Source of the DNA: Octopus sinensis
Lineage: Eukaryota
Direction: 5' to 3'
DNA: 64,000 nt
NCBI RefSeq assembly: GCF_006345805.1
Contig: NC_043026.1
Coordinates: forward strand, 5,704,001 to 5,768,000
The notes beneath the pieces were generated by a model. It saw only the letters and a list, made by a program, of their open reading frames with translations, made no database searches and was not told the DNA's origin. Below, one piece after another: positions 51,131-63,510 of this stretch (positions are counted from its first letter, which is position 1; each line of letters opens with the position of its first letter). A program made the position numbers and the translations under genes.

Positions 51131-51937
51131 AATAATAATAACAATAATTGTGTACAGTGCTCAGGTGTACTACAACTCATCTAAAGTGTATATATAATCA
51201 GGTGTAGTTTCGGCGGATTTCGGAAAGCATGAGGGCCTTAAAGGATGCAGTGTCATGGCAGTCAACAACTGATGCAGGCAGTTTATTCCATGCTTCAGCA
51301 ACTCTGAGCGTGAAAAAATGTTTGCGAAAGTCATGGGAGCTGTGTTGTTTTCTGACTTTGTAGGCATGTCCACGTGTGTTGGACACATGGAGATCAAAAA
51401 GGTGTTCAGTGTTGTTGTTGGTGAGGTGGTTGATAACTTTGTGGGTGTTTACCAAGTCCATTGCCAGACGCCAGAGCTTCAGTGTATCCATGCCCAGGGA
51501 AACAAGGTGCTCAGAATATGGTAGGTGTCTGATGGAGGGTATGCATTTGGTTGCACGTCTCTGGACAGATTCCAGGAGGTCAATGTTCTGAGCAAGATAG
51601 GGGTTCCAAACTGATGATGCGAATTCCAAGTGTGGTCGTACCATAGCTGTATACAGTTTTAAATAAATGGCTGGAGAGCGGCTAAGAAAAGTCTTGCTGA
51701 GTGATGCCAAGACACCCTCGGCCTTCTTGACAATTTTAGAGATATGCTTTGTCCAATGCAAATCACTGCTGACAGTGATGCCTAGGTCACGCTCGCAAGA
51801 GGATTTCTTGATATCAGTGTTGTGGAGGGAGTATGTGGACGCAGGGTTTTTTCTCCCAAAATGCATGGTGGTACACTTGTCCACAGCCAGTTTCAGTTGC
51901 CAGTCTGTGATCCATTGCTGCATTGTGTCTAGGTCTG
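51131..51937 (-). mobile_element. 5'-truncated CR1-like LINE (ORF2 C-terminus plus 3' tail)
   Basis: ORF 51198-51953 has CERDLGI, RPHLEFASSVWNP, ESVQRRATK, RGHAYK, FFTLRVAEAWNKLP, followed by an (ATT)n-type tail. Confidence 0.93.
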
Positions 51938-52510
51938 ACCCTCCAGCCTTCATCAGGTGTCTTGGGGAAATTTCAAACCTGGGTTCTCATTCCTAAGGAA
52001 TTTTTCAATGTTGTTATTATCATTATTTGCCTTTCATCCTTTCGGGGTCGATAAATTAAGTACCAGTTACGCACTGGGATCGATATAATCGACTTAATCT
52101 GTTTGTCTGTCCTTGTTTGTCCCCTCTGTGTTTAGCCCCCTGTGGGCAATAAAGAAATAAATTATTATTATTATTATTATTATCATTATTAATCAGGTCA
52201 CTGCCTGGAATCGAACTCGGAATCTTGGAGTTAGTAGCTGCAATACAAAGAACATTCCAGAAGTCTTAAGATATTTTCAGGAGAGATATTTATTAATTTC
52301 AAACAAGTGCAAAACTGTAATCTCCTTTTACCACTTCTACACACCACTTTCCTCGAATAATGGAACTGCAATTAAAATATCTTTATAGATTTTATATCTT
52401 TATTTCTACTTTCATTTTCTTATCTCCTTCTTTATTCCCCATCTCCTTCTTTTCCATAATAATTCCTTATTTCAAACTCAAATATTTACCTCTATTTAAC
52501 CATCTTACAT

Positions 52511-52560
52511 CATCTCTGATGAAGGGATATCCATAATATCCCAGAAACAGCTGTAAGGCA
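52511..52560 (+). ncRNA. Hammerhead-like motif (partly degenerate)
   Basis: CUGAUGA-A-GGGAUAU-ccaua-AUAUCCC-A-GAAAC-AGCU-GUA; palindromic stem III, only 3-bp stem I. Confidence 0.55.
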
Positions 52561-53085
52561 AAATCTATATCTTTTAACTTTATAAATGCCATGAAAACTC
52601 CTCACAGCCTTGGGTTAGTTATTTCATTTTGTCTCATATATATATATATATATAAAATTGAGATAGGGGTTGTAAATGCAACCCTCCATGGGATAACATA
52701 TATCCAATATACTGCTAGTGAAGTACCCAACAAAGTTAATACATAAACGTTAAGAATTGCGATGCAATTAATTCATTTACTGTATTATATGGGCAAAGGT
52801 AAAATGTTTTACCACAAATTCATAATACAAAATAAGAAAATGGAGAAATACATCTAAATCAAATATCAATTACCAGATAATACCCAATCACATATTTTAT
52901 TATATTGTACTTATTGTATCAAATTACTCCTTTATGTACATTCCTTTATGTACACTGTTTGGTTATATATTATTATGTTCGACCCTGAAGTTTCTTATGT
53001 GGTGGTTTAATAAAGTATGTGATTGGGTATTATCTGGTAATTGATATTTGATTGGGATGTATTTCTCCATTTTCTTATTTTGTAT

Positions 53086-53117
<32 letters not shown>

Positions 53118-53801
53118 CATATGTTTGTTCCTTCTCGAGCTACGCCTGGCTCATAAGGGCCGGTTTCCTGGTTTCCTTGGTGTATAGGCTCCCCACCTGG
53201 ACAGGACACCAGTCTGTCGCAGGTGAGCTGCAAGATGCAGGAGGAGAGAGTGAGAGAAAGTTGTGGTGAAAGAGTCAGCAGAAGTTCAACTATACCTTCT
53301 GCCAGTACTGCATGGAGCTTAGGTGTTTCGCTCATAAACACACACATTGCCTGGCCTGGTCTGAGATTCGAATCCGCGATCCTCGATCATGAGTCCGCTG
53401 CTCTAACCACTAGGCCATGTGCCTCCACATATATACATATATATTTATTTAACCAACAGTTGACATTTCTACATCAGTCAAAAAAATACTCTTTCACTTG
53501 CAAAGTTATTGCCATGCATCCACTAGTTTCAGTTGATAGTCATAAATGTTTTCATCTATGACACATTAAAAGCACCAACCGATCATGGCTGTTGCCAGCC
53601 TCCTCTGGCCCCTGTGCCGGTGGCACGTAAAAAGCAACCACTACACTCATGGAGTGGTTGGCGTTAGGAAGGGCATCCAGCTGTAGAAACTCTGCCAGAT
53701 CAGACTGGAGCCTGGTGCAGCCAGTCTAGCTTCCCAGACCCCGGTCGAACTGTCCAACCCATGCTAGCACAGAAAACGGATGTTAAACGATGATGATGAT
53801 G

Positions 53802-53844
<43 letters not shown>

Positions 53845-54974
53845 ATATATAAGAAACATATGCAAACTAGGTATGTCTACTTACTTATAAATATGGATTT
53901 AATCGAAAAGAAAAATGTAAATGTGTGTGGATATTAAGAATACATAGTTCAAGTTACAGAAAAAAACAAAATCACAAATAAGAAAGGTAGACGTTTAAAA
54001 GTCCTACAGCCATTTCAAGGTACCCTCCATCAGGTAAAAAAAAAAGGGGGGAAGTATAGAATATGCATACCACCCGTTTTTGGTGTAACAAAAAACCCAT
54101 AACCTTAAACATCCAGAATACATATTCAACTCCATTGCAAAATAAAAAAAATTTGATAAATTATAATAAAGCATTGGTTTCTCAAATTTTCTGTGGTTGG
54201 AGTGTATTCGAGGATATTTCTTCAACAAAAACACACAACAAACAAACCTGGAAACGATGGAGAGTGTAGAAGGTTGCCACCACAGCTAGAAATAGCAGCC
54301 AAATATCAGACAAATTAAAGGACACATGAGACACAAAGTATTAAAAGATCAAATGTTTTCATTGTTTAATACTTATGGAAATATTTTTATAAAGGATAGT
54401 GTCATCTCCTTCTTCAGGGGTTATCCGATAATGGACCCTAATATCTATCATATATCTGAACCACCAAGCCCCTTGAAACGGCCGTAGGATTTTTAAAACT
54501 TTACCTATCCTATCTGTGATATTGTTTTTTCTGTAAGTTGGACTAGGTATTCTTAATATCCACACGTTTACTTTTTCCTTTCTGGAAATCAAAATCAAAG
54601 TGAAATTCGATGATGGGCACGAGCACCATTCGAGCATGATCGTTGACAAAGCGGCTAACCGGCTTCCGTGCCAGTGGCACATAAAAGGCACCATTCAAGT
54701 GTGATTGTTGCCAGCCTTGCCTTACTGGCACTTGTGCCCCGTGCTAAGAGCACCATCCGAGTGTGATCGTTGCCATAGCAGCTAACTGGCTTCCATGCCG
54801 GTGGCATGTAGGAGGCACCATTCAAGTGGGATTGTTACCAGCATCGCCTTACTGGCACCTGTGCCGTTGGCATGTGTAAAAAAAAGAATTCGAGCAAGGT
54901 CGTTGCCAGTACCGCCTGACTGGCCCCTGTGCCGGTGGCACAAAAGCACCCACTATACTCTCGGAGTGGTTGGT

Positions 54975-55935
54975 GTTAGGAAGGGCATCCAGCTATAGAA
55001 ACTCTGCCAGATCACGATTGGAGCCTGGTGCAGCCATTTGGTTCCCCAGTCCTCAGTCAAACCGCCCAACCCATGCTAGCATTAGGAAGGGCATCCAGCT
55101 GTAGAAACTCTGCCAGATCAAGATTGGTGCCTAGTGCAGCCATCTGGTTCGCCAGTCCTCAGTCAAACCATCCAACCCATGCTAGCATTAGGAAGGGCAT
55201 CCAGCTGTAGAAACTCTGCCAGATCAAGATTGGAGCCTGGTGCAGCCTCCTCGTTAGCCAGTCCTCAGTCAAACCGTCAACCCATGCTAGCATTAGGAAG
55301 GGCATCCAGCTGTAGAAACTCTGCCAGATCAAGATTGGAGCCTGGTGCAGCCTCCTGGTTCGCCAGTCCTCAGTCAAACCGTCCAACCCATGCTAGCATT
55401 AGGAAGGGCATCCAGCTATAGAAACTCTGCCAGATCAAGATTGGAGCCTGGTGCAGCCATTTGGTTCCCCAGTCCTCAGTCAAACCGCCCAACCCATGCT
55501 AGCATGGAAAGCGGACATTAAACGATGATGATGATGATGATGATTATTATGGTGGCACGTAAAAAGCACCCACTACACTCGCGGAGTGGTTGGCGTTAGG
55601 AAGGGCATCCAGCTGTAGAAACTCTGCCAGATCAAGATTGGAGCATGGTGCAGCCATCTGGTTCGCCAGTCCTCAGTCAAACCGTCCAACCCATGCTAGC
55701 ATTAGGAAGGGCATCCAGCTGTAGAAACTCTGCCAGATCAAGATTGGAGCATGGTGCAGCCATCTGGTTTGCCAGTCCTCAGCCAAACCGTCCAACCCAT
55801 GCTAGCATTAGGAAGGGCATCCAGCTGTAGAAACTCTGCCAGATCAAGATTGGAGCCTGGTGCAGCCATCTGGTTCGCCAGTCCTCAGTCAAACCGTCCA
55901 ACCCATTCTAGCATGGAAAGCGGACATTAAACGAC
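54975..55935 (+). repeat. ~106-bp tandem array of a family D internal segment (5+3 units)
   Basis: Unit GCATTAGGAAGGGCATCC...AACCCATGCTA is repeated. Confidence 0.92.
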
Positions 55936-56509
55936 AACGATGATGATGATGATGATGATATATACATATGTAAATTGATGTACCTAGGTTGCATGTCATT
56001 GCTTTACTTATCTAGCGGCTCAAGTTCTAATCTCTTGAGCACTTTGAAGTGTTTTTATACACAGAAAACATCTGTCTCTAAAATATAAACTATGTGTGTG
56101 TGTGTGTATGTATTTATAAGTAGAAAATGAAAGAAAAGAGAAATAAAAGAAAGCTTCTAACAAGGCAGAAAGTTTTACATAAAAGCTTTATATTTTGGGC
56201 ACAAAGAAGGACGGAAAATTACCAAAAATAGATTTTTTTTTCCCAAAAAAGTTTTTCTCGGTACTTTGTTGTTGAATGGAAGATGGTTTCAACAAAGTAG
56301 ACTTACTGAGTACCAAAGTTTCATGTTTTCACTTGTCAAACTTGTTTAACGAGTAGAAAAACTTTTCACAAACGAAACTCTGGTCTTTCAATAACTTCTC
56401 GTTGAAAATTACAGATTCAAAAACATTACACATATTATCTCTGTCTATCAATCTATCTGTCTCTCTCTCTCTCTCTCTCTATCTTTCTTTCTATCTCTCT
56501 CGTTCCCTT

Positions 56510-56543
<34 letters not shown>

Positions 56544-56724
56544 ATACATACATACATACATGCATATGCATATGTACTATAAAATATATATTTATATCTA
56601 TGTATGTATATATAACTATAGATCTGTGGTATTGTGCATAGAGAATTTGTCCCCCTGGGCCAGACCATCAATTGAGAGTTATATATATGTATATACATGC
56701 GCGTGCACACACACACACACACAC

Positions 56725-56788
<64 letters not shown>

Positions 56789-57779
56789 ACACATATATAT
56801 ATATATATATATATATCATAGAAAGCGGATGTTAAACGATGATGATGATGATGATGATATATGAGTCGCCATGATAGATCAGTAGCTACTACACACATTT
56901 TTTTCTCTCCTTGTTTCTTTCTGTGTACCTTTCTGTAGAAGAGCATAGGCTCGAAACATAAAAGACTTTTACAATTCCTGAGCATTATACTAATACATCT
57001 GTTTGTTTTGTACACCACCTGTCTTCGTCTTGTGTTTTTTCGTGAATTCTCCCTATATATATATATATCATCATCATCATCATTTAGCGTCCGCTTTCCA
57101 TGCATGGGTTGGACAGTTCAACTGGGGTCTGTGAAGCCAGAAGGCTGCACCAGGCCCAGGCTGATCTGGCAGTGTTTCTACGGCTGGATGCCCTTCCTAA
57201 CGCCAACCACTCCGTGAGTGTAGTGGGTGCTTTTTACGTGCCAGACGAGTCTGGCAAACGGCCACGATCGGATGGTGCTTTTTACGTGCCACCGACACAG
57301 GTGCCAGATGAGTCTGGCAAACGGCTACGATTGGATGGTGCTTTTTACGTGCCACCGGCACGAGGCCAGTCGGGGCGGCGCTGGCAACAGCCACGTTCAG
57401 ATTGTTCTCTTACGTGCCACCGGCACTAGTATCACAGCTGCAATTTCCATTGATGTTGATCGATTTCGATATATATATATACACCAGTTTCACATAACCA
57501 ACCCTAGCCCATTCAAAGTATGTTGGACTGTAGGGCGACCTGCTGTGTATTTGAAAATCAAATGGAAATTGTAGTTGTGATACTCACCGGGTACACGTAA
57601 AAAGCCCCATCCGAATGTGTCTGATGTCAGCGCAGCCTTGACTGGTTCCCGTGCCGGTGACATATAAAAAGTACCAACTGATCGTGGCTGTTGCCATCCT
57701 CCTCTGAGGAAACCATGATTCCATGGAAAATTTTTCAATTGATTGAACAGCTGTAACTCTGGTTATATCAAATATATTT

Positions 57780-58735
57780 CTTTACTGCCCACAAGGGGCT
57801 AAACACAGAAGGAACAAACAAGGACAGACATAGGTATTAAGTCGATTACATTGACCCCGGTACGAAACTGATACTTAATTTATTGACCCCGAAAGGATGA
57901 AAGGCAAAGTCGACCTCGGCGGAATTTGAACTCAGAACGTAACAACAGTCAAAATACCTATTTCTTTATTACCCACAAAGGGCTAAACACAGAGGGGACA
58001 AACAAGGACAGACATAGGTATTAAGTCGATTACATCGACCCCGGTGCGAAACTGGTACTTAATTTATTGACCCCGAAAGGATGAAAGGCAAAGTCGACCT
58101 CGGCGGAATTTGAACTCAGAATGTAACGACAGACGAAATACCTATTTCTTTATTACCCACAAAGGGCTAAACACAGAGGGGACAAACAAGGACAGACATA
58201 GGTATTAAGTCGATTACATCGACCCCGGTGCGAAACTGGTACTTAATTTATTGACCCCGAAAGGATGAAAGGCAAAGTCGACCTCGGCGGAATTTGAACT
58301 CAGAACGTAACAACAGTCAAATACCTTTTCTTATTACCCACAAAGGGCTAAACACAGAGGGGACAAACAAGGACAGACATAGGTATTAAGCGTTACATAC
58401 ATCGACCCCGGTGCGAAACTGGTACTTAATTTATTGACCCCGAAGGATGAAAGGCAAAGTCGACCTCGGCGGAATTTGAACTCAGAATGTAACAACAGTC
58501 AAAATACCTATTTCTTATTACCCACAAAGGCTAAACACAGAGGGGACAAACAAGGACAGACATAGGTATTAAGTCGATTACATCGACCCCGGTGCGAAAC
58601 TGGTACTTAATTTTTGACCCCGAAGGATGAAAGGCAAAGTCGACCTCGGCGGAATTTGAACTCAGAACGTAACGACAGACGAAATACCGCTAAGCATTTC
58701 GCCCGGCTCGCTAAGGTTTCTGCCAGATCGCCGCC
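57780..58735 (-). repeat. SINE family C, five tandem ~180-bp units
   Basis: Five repeats of GGCAAAGTCGACCTCGGCGGAATTTGAACTCAG, with one head at ~58735. Confidence 0.9.
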
Positions 58736-59008
58736 TGGTTTTAACAAATAGCCATGACATCCATTCAATAAAATTCAATTGTATGACAAGGGAGACAACA
58801 CTACATTGGTTTGTTGGTAATATCTTAAAGTAGAGGTTATCTCCCGTTACTAGGCTTTGATTTTAGCCATAACGTTGGCCGCAACAGATGATAAAAGTGT
58901 GTAGGGCCTTACTGCTTCTTTGTCTCTGGTATGCCACGGAATGTGCGGCCTTCTACTGCTGGTACACCAAGGTTCTGATGCAAGACCAACTTCGTTATTT
59001 GCATTTCA

Positions 59009-59525
59009 TCTATATATATAAAACTGTAGTTGTGTGAGTGTCTGTCCCCTTCGATTTAGATTCCTAACTACTCCCACATTTTGCGGTGCAGTTTAACCAA
59101 ATTCGGGTATCTTATAGTCGTGATTCATATCGAGCCCGTCTGGGTATTAGCGCGCGTCTACGATGAGTCTACGATTTTAAAAATAATTTAAACATCATTT
59201 TTTATTCCATTTTAATGCATAATTTTTCGTGTGTCGATGGCGGCGGAGTTGGCGTCATGGTCACACCTGCACCTGTGTTTGCTTCTCCCCCTTCTCCCTC
59301 CCTCGTGAAGAAGCTGTGGGGAAGGGAGTGTAAAGAAATCAACGTCGTAAAGCATTGTCAAGGAGACCAGCGTTCTTTTAGAACAACGACTTCATGGCTT
59401 GAAGACACCAAAACAGAAATGGCTAAGAAAGCCCGAATTGGCATCTATAAGGGAAGTAACTCTCTAAAAATGCTTATATAGTTATTTCCCTTACAAACCC
59501 GAGCAACGCCGGGCGATTCTGCTAG
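59009..59525 (+). mobile_element. Non-autonomous Helitron, same family as 24530, with an extra internal segment
   Basis: Near-identical first ~210 bp and last ~75 bp to the 24530 copy, with A|TC and CTAG|T termini. Confidence 0.88.
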
Positions 59526-59886
59526 TCTTGAATAATGACCTGCTGTGCTCGAGGAGACCTATTGAGTGAAGTAAAATCAACATCAAAATAAATATCAAAT
59601 GGAAATAGTAGTTGTGATACCTGTGCCGGCGGCACTTAAAAAGCACCATCCGAACGTGACCGATGCCAGCGCCGCCTTGACTGGTTTCTGTGCCGGTGGC
59701 ACGTAAAAAGCACCCGCTACAGCTCATGGAGTGTTGGCGTTAGGAAAGAGCATCCAGCTGTAGAAACACTGCCAGATCAGACTGGAGCCTGGTACAGCCT
59801 CCTGGCTTCCCAGACCCCAGTTGAACTGTCCAACCCATGCTAGCATGGAAAACGGACGTTAAACGATGATGATGAGGATGAGTTAT

Positions 59887-59931
<45 letters not shown>

Positions 59932-60210
59932 TTTACTATCCACAAGGGGCTAAACACAGAGGGGACAAACAAGGACAGACATAGGTATTAAGTCGATTAC
60001 ATCAACCCCAGTGCGTAACTGGTACTTAATTATCGACCCCGAAAGGATGAAAGGCAAAGTCGACCTCGGCGGAATTTGAACTCAGAACGTAGCGGCAGAC
60101 GAAATACCGCTAAGCATTTCGTCCGGCGTGCTAACGTTTCTGCCAGCTCGCCGTCTTTGTATATATATGTAATTATATATATTGCATATATATGTGTGTA
60201 TATATATATA

Positions 60211-60257
<47 letters not shown>

Positions 60258-61285
60258 CATATACATACACGCACACATATATATATATAGAAAAAAGTGA
60301 AAGGGTACAGTGAACTTGAAGTGACATGTGATATATTCACATTTTGGATTCAATCCTTCGTCAGGGGGCAGAGAAAAGGAGAAGAATAAAAGGGAAAAAG
60401 TCAAACAAAGTTTATATCCTCTCATTTTCTTCTCTTTTTCTCTGCACCTTGATGAAGGATTGAATCTGAACACTTTTCTATATTATTTCAAGCCTTGCAG
60501 ACACAGATTATTGCCTGATATCATCATCATCATCATCATCATCATTGTTTAACATCCGTTTTCCATGGGTTGGACGGTTCGACTGGGGGTCTGGGAAGCC
60601 AGGAGGCTGCACCAGGCCCCAATCTGATCTGGTAGTGTTTCTACAGCTGGATGCCCTTCCTAATGCCAACCACTCTGAGAGTGTAGTGGGTATTTTATGT
60701 GCCACTGGCACGGAAGCCAGTCGAGGTGGCACTGGTATCGACCATGATCGGATGGTGCTCTTTACATGCCACCGGCATGGAAGCCAGTCAGCTGCTCTGG
60801 CAATGATCACGTTCGGATGGTGCTCTTAGCGCTCCACTAGCATGGATGCCAGTCATCAAATTTGATTTCGATTTCACTTGCCTCAACAGGCATGTATATA
60901 TATATTATATATATATATACATACATACACTTATAATACACACATACACACATATATATATACATGGTCTTTGTGCCGGTGGCACATAAAAAGCACCATC
61001 CGATTGTGGCCGTTTGCCAGCCTCGTTTGGCACCTGTGCCAGTGGCACGTAAAAAGCACCCACTACACTCACGGAGTGGTTGGCGTTAGGAAGGGCATCC
61101 AGCTGTAGAAACACTACCAGATCTGACTGACCTGGTGCAGCCTCCTGGCTTGCCGAGGCCCCAGTTGAACCGTCCAACCCATGCTAGCATGGAAAGCGAC
61201 GTTCAACGATGATGATATGATATATACATACACACGCACATATATATATATATACACATATACATTATGCATAGCATATATATAT

Positions 61286-61323
<38 letters not shown>

Positions 61324-61490
61324 ACATTATTGGTGAATTGAAGAATGGAGCTGAACGCAGATTGAACAGAAATTGTTTTATTTCATTCTACACGTGTTCG
61401 AAAGGCACAAATTTTTGCTACTAAGGTATCGGTTAAACTTTTTGATTAATCTACTACAAGATTATTCATCTTTCTATTTCACATAATATA

Positions 61491-61523
<33 letters not shown>

Positions 61524-61614
61524 ATATATATATATTATATTATATATAAACACTCTATATATATATATACGTATTTGGAATCCCCCCTGTTGTTGTTACT
61601 ATAGCTATTGTCGG

Positions 61615-62990
61615 AGAGGTTGGTGGTGGTGGTGGTGGTGGTGGTGATAGGGGTGAGGTTTTGTTGTTATTGTGGTGACTGTTGTTGCTGTGTTGATGTC
61701 GTTGCTAGACTTTTTCCCACTTTTGCCAATCAATAATAAACAGGCCTCCGCTTCTCCATCTCTCCATCTCTCTGTCTCTGTTTCCCTCTCTCTCTCTCTC
61801 TCTTTCTTCCCTACACTGGCATCGCCACTTCAATAAATCTTCACCGCCACCACCACCACCACCAATACCACCACCACCACCACCACCACCACCAATACCA
61901 CCAACACCACCAACACCACCACCACCACCACCACCTCCACCACCACCAATACCACCACCACCACCAACACACCACCACCACCACCAATACCACCACCACC
62001 AACACCAACATCACCACCACCACCACCACCACCAATACCACACCACCACCACCACCAATACCACCACCACCACCAACACCACCACCACCACCACCTCCAC
62101 CACCACCAACACCACCACCACCACCACCACACCACCCCCCCACCACCACCACCACCAATACCAACCACCACCACCAACACCACCACCACACCACCACCAC
62201 CACCACCAATACCACCACCACCACACCACCACCACCACCACCAATACCACCACACCACACCCCCACCCACACCACCACCAACACCACCACCACCACCAAT
62301 ACCACCACCACCACCAACACCTCCACCACCACCACCACCACCACCACCAATACCACCACCACCACCACCACCACCACCACCAGAAATCACCATCACCACA
62401 ACAACCATTATGACAAATATAACCCACAGTATCACCACCACTACCAACAACAACACCATCAAAACCTCGCCGCTGCTACCAGCACCACCACCATCACCAT
62501 CATTACTATCACATTATCACCTAACCACCAACACCAACACTGCCACCATCACCACCTCCACCACCACTGCTTTCTCCATCAAAATCACTGCTATCTCTAC
62601 CAACACCACCACCACTACCACTATCACCACCACCACCACCAGCACCACTATGAAAACTGGCATTACCACCACCACCACCAACCAACCACTACCACCACCA
62701 CCAACACAACCACTACCACCACTACCGCAACCGCAAAGACTACTACCACCACCACCACCACCACCACAACACCCATCATCATCATCATCATTATCACCAC
62801 CCACTCACTATTTTCTCAATAAAGCTGTCCTCACCACACACACACACTCATTCACACACACACACACACACACTCATTCACACACACACACACACACACA
62901 CACTCATTCACACACACACACACACACACACTCATTCACACACACACACACACACACACTCATTCACACACACACACTTGTCCATAAAAA
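61615..62990. repeat. (GGT)n/(CCA)n trinucleotide block followed by (CA)n with CTCATTCA units
   Basis: Read directly; it explains the poly-V/G/W ORFs in the track. Confidence 0.95.
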
Positions 62991-63261
62991 AAAAAAACCT
63001 ACCAAACACCACATCTCCACGTGCCAACAAGCGATAACAATTCTACATCATGTATCAACCTGCTAGAAATAACAGTCAAATTGTCCTCAAATCATATTCT
63101 GAAGACTTTTGTATCTATGTATGAACCAATGACAAAAACTTCTACATAGCAGAACAGAAACAGAAACCAACTCTCCCTCAAAGCAGCCCCTACAATCTTA
63201 TGCAACTATATATACATCTATACATGTAAGTATATACACACACGTATATACTATTCTTAGC

Positions 63262-63440
63262 TTCTATATTTGAGAGATGAGGAATTATTTACATTATTTA
63301 CATTATTTACATTTGATGGATATTTGTCCTCATCTTGTTTGTTGTTAACACAACGTTTCGGCTGATATACCCTCCAGCCTTCATCAGGTGTCTTGGGGAA
63401 ATTTCAAACCTGGGTTCTCATTCCTAAGGCATTTTCGATA
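63262..63440 (-). mobile_element. Penelope-like/retrozyme-like terminal repeat carrying a hammerhead motif
   Basis: Further copies at 51104-51130 plus 51938-52025, and a fragment at ~42980-43015. Family assignment is inferred from the hammerhead motif. Confidence 0.6.
63347..63392 (-). ncRNA. Minimal type I hammerhead ribozyme
   Basis: GACAC-CUGAUGA-A-GGCUG-(10 nt)-CAGCC-GAAAC-GUU-GUGUU: intact core, 5-bp stem I, 5-bp stem II, loopless palindromic stem III. Confidence 0.72.
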
Positions 63441-63464
63441 TCATTATTATCATTATTATTACTA

Positions 63465-63510
<46 letters not shown>

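Noticed and set aside
54418-54490. Plus-strand exon candidate GYPIMDPNIYHISEPPSPLKRP
   Set aside because: Isolated acceptor only, with no linked exons or homology
56301-56345. Perfect GTAAGT donor after ATGAAACTTTGGTACTCA (-)
   Set aside because: Upstream frames are mostly closed, and a single 6-mer match is expected by chance
58860-59000. Coding-looking GC-richer stretch on the minus strand with a CA|GTAAGG donor
   Set aside because: No acceptor and no recognisable motif; it may be an old transposon remnant
61830-63066. Poly-G/V/W/T ORFs resembling glycine-rich or mucin proteins
   Set aside because: (CCA)n simple repeat open in several frames, with no splice or codon evidence
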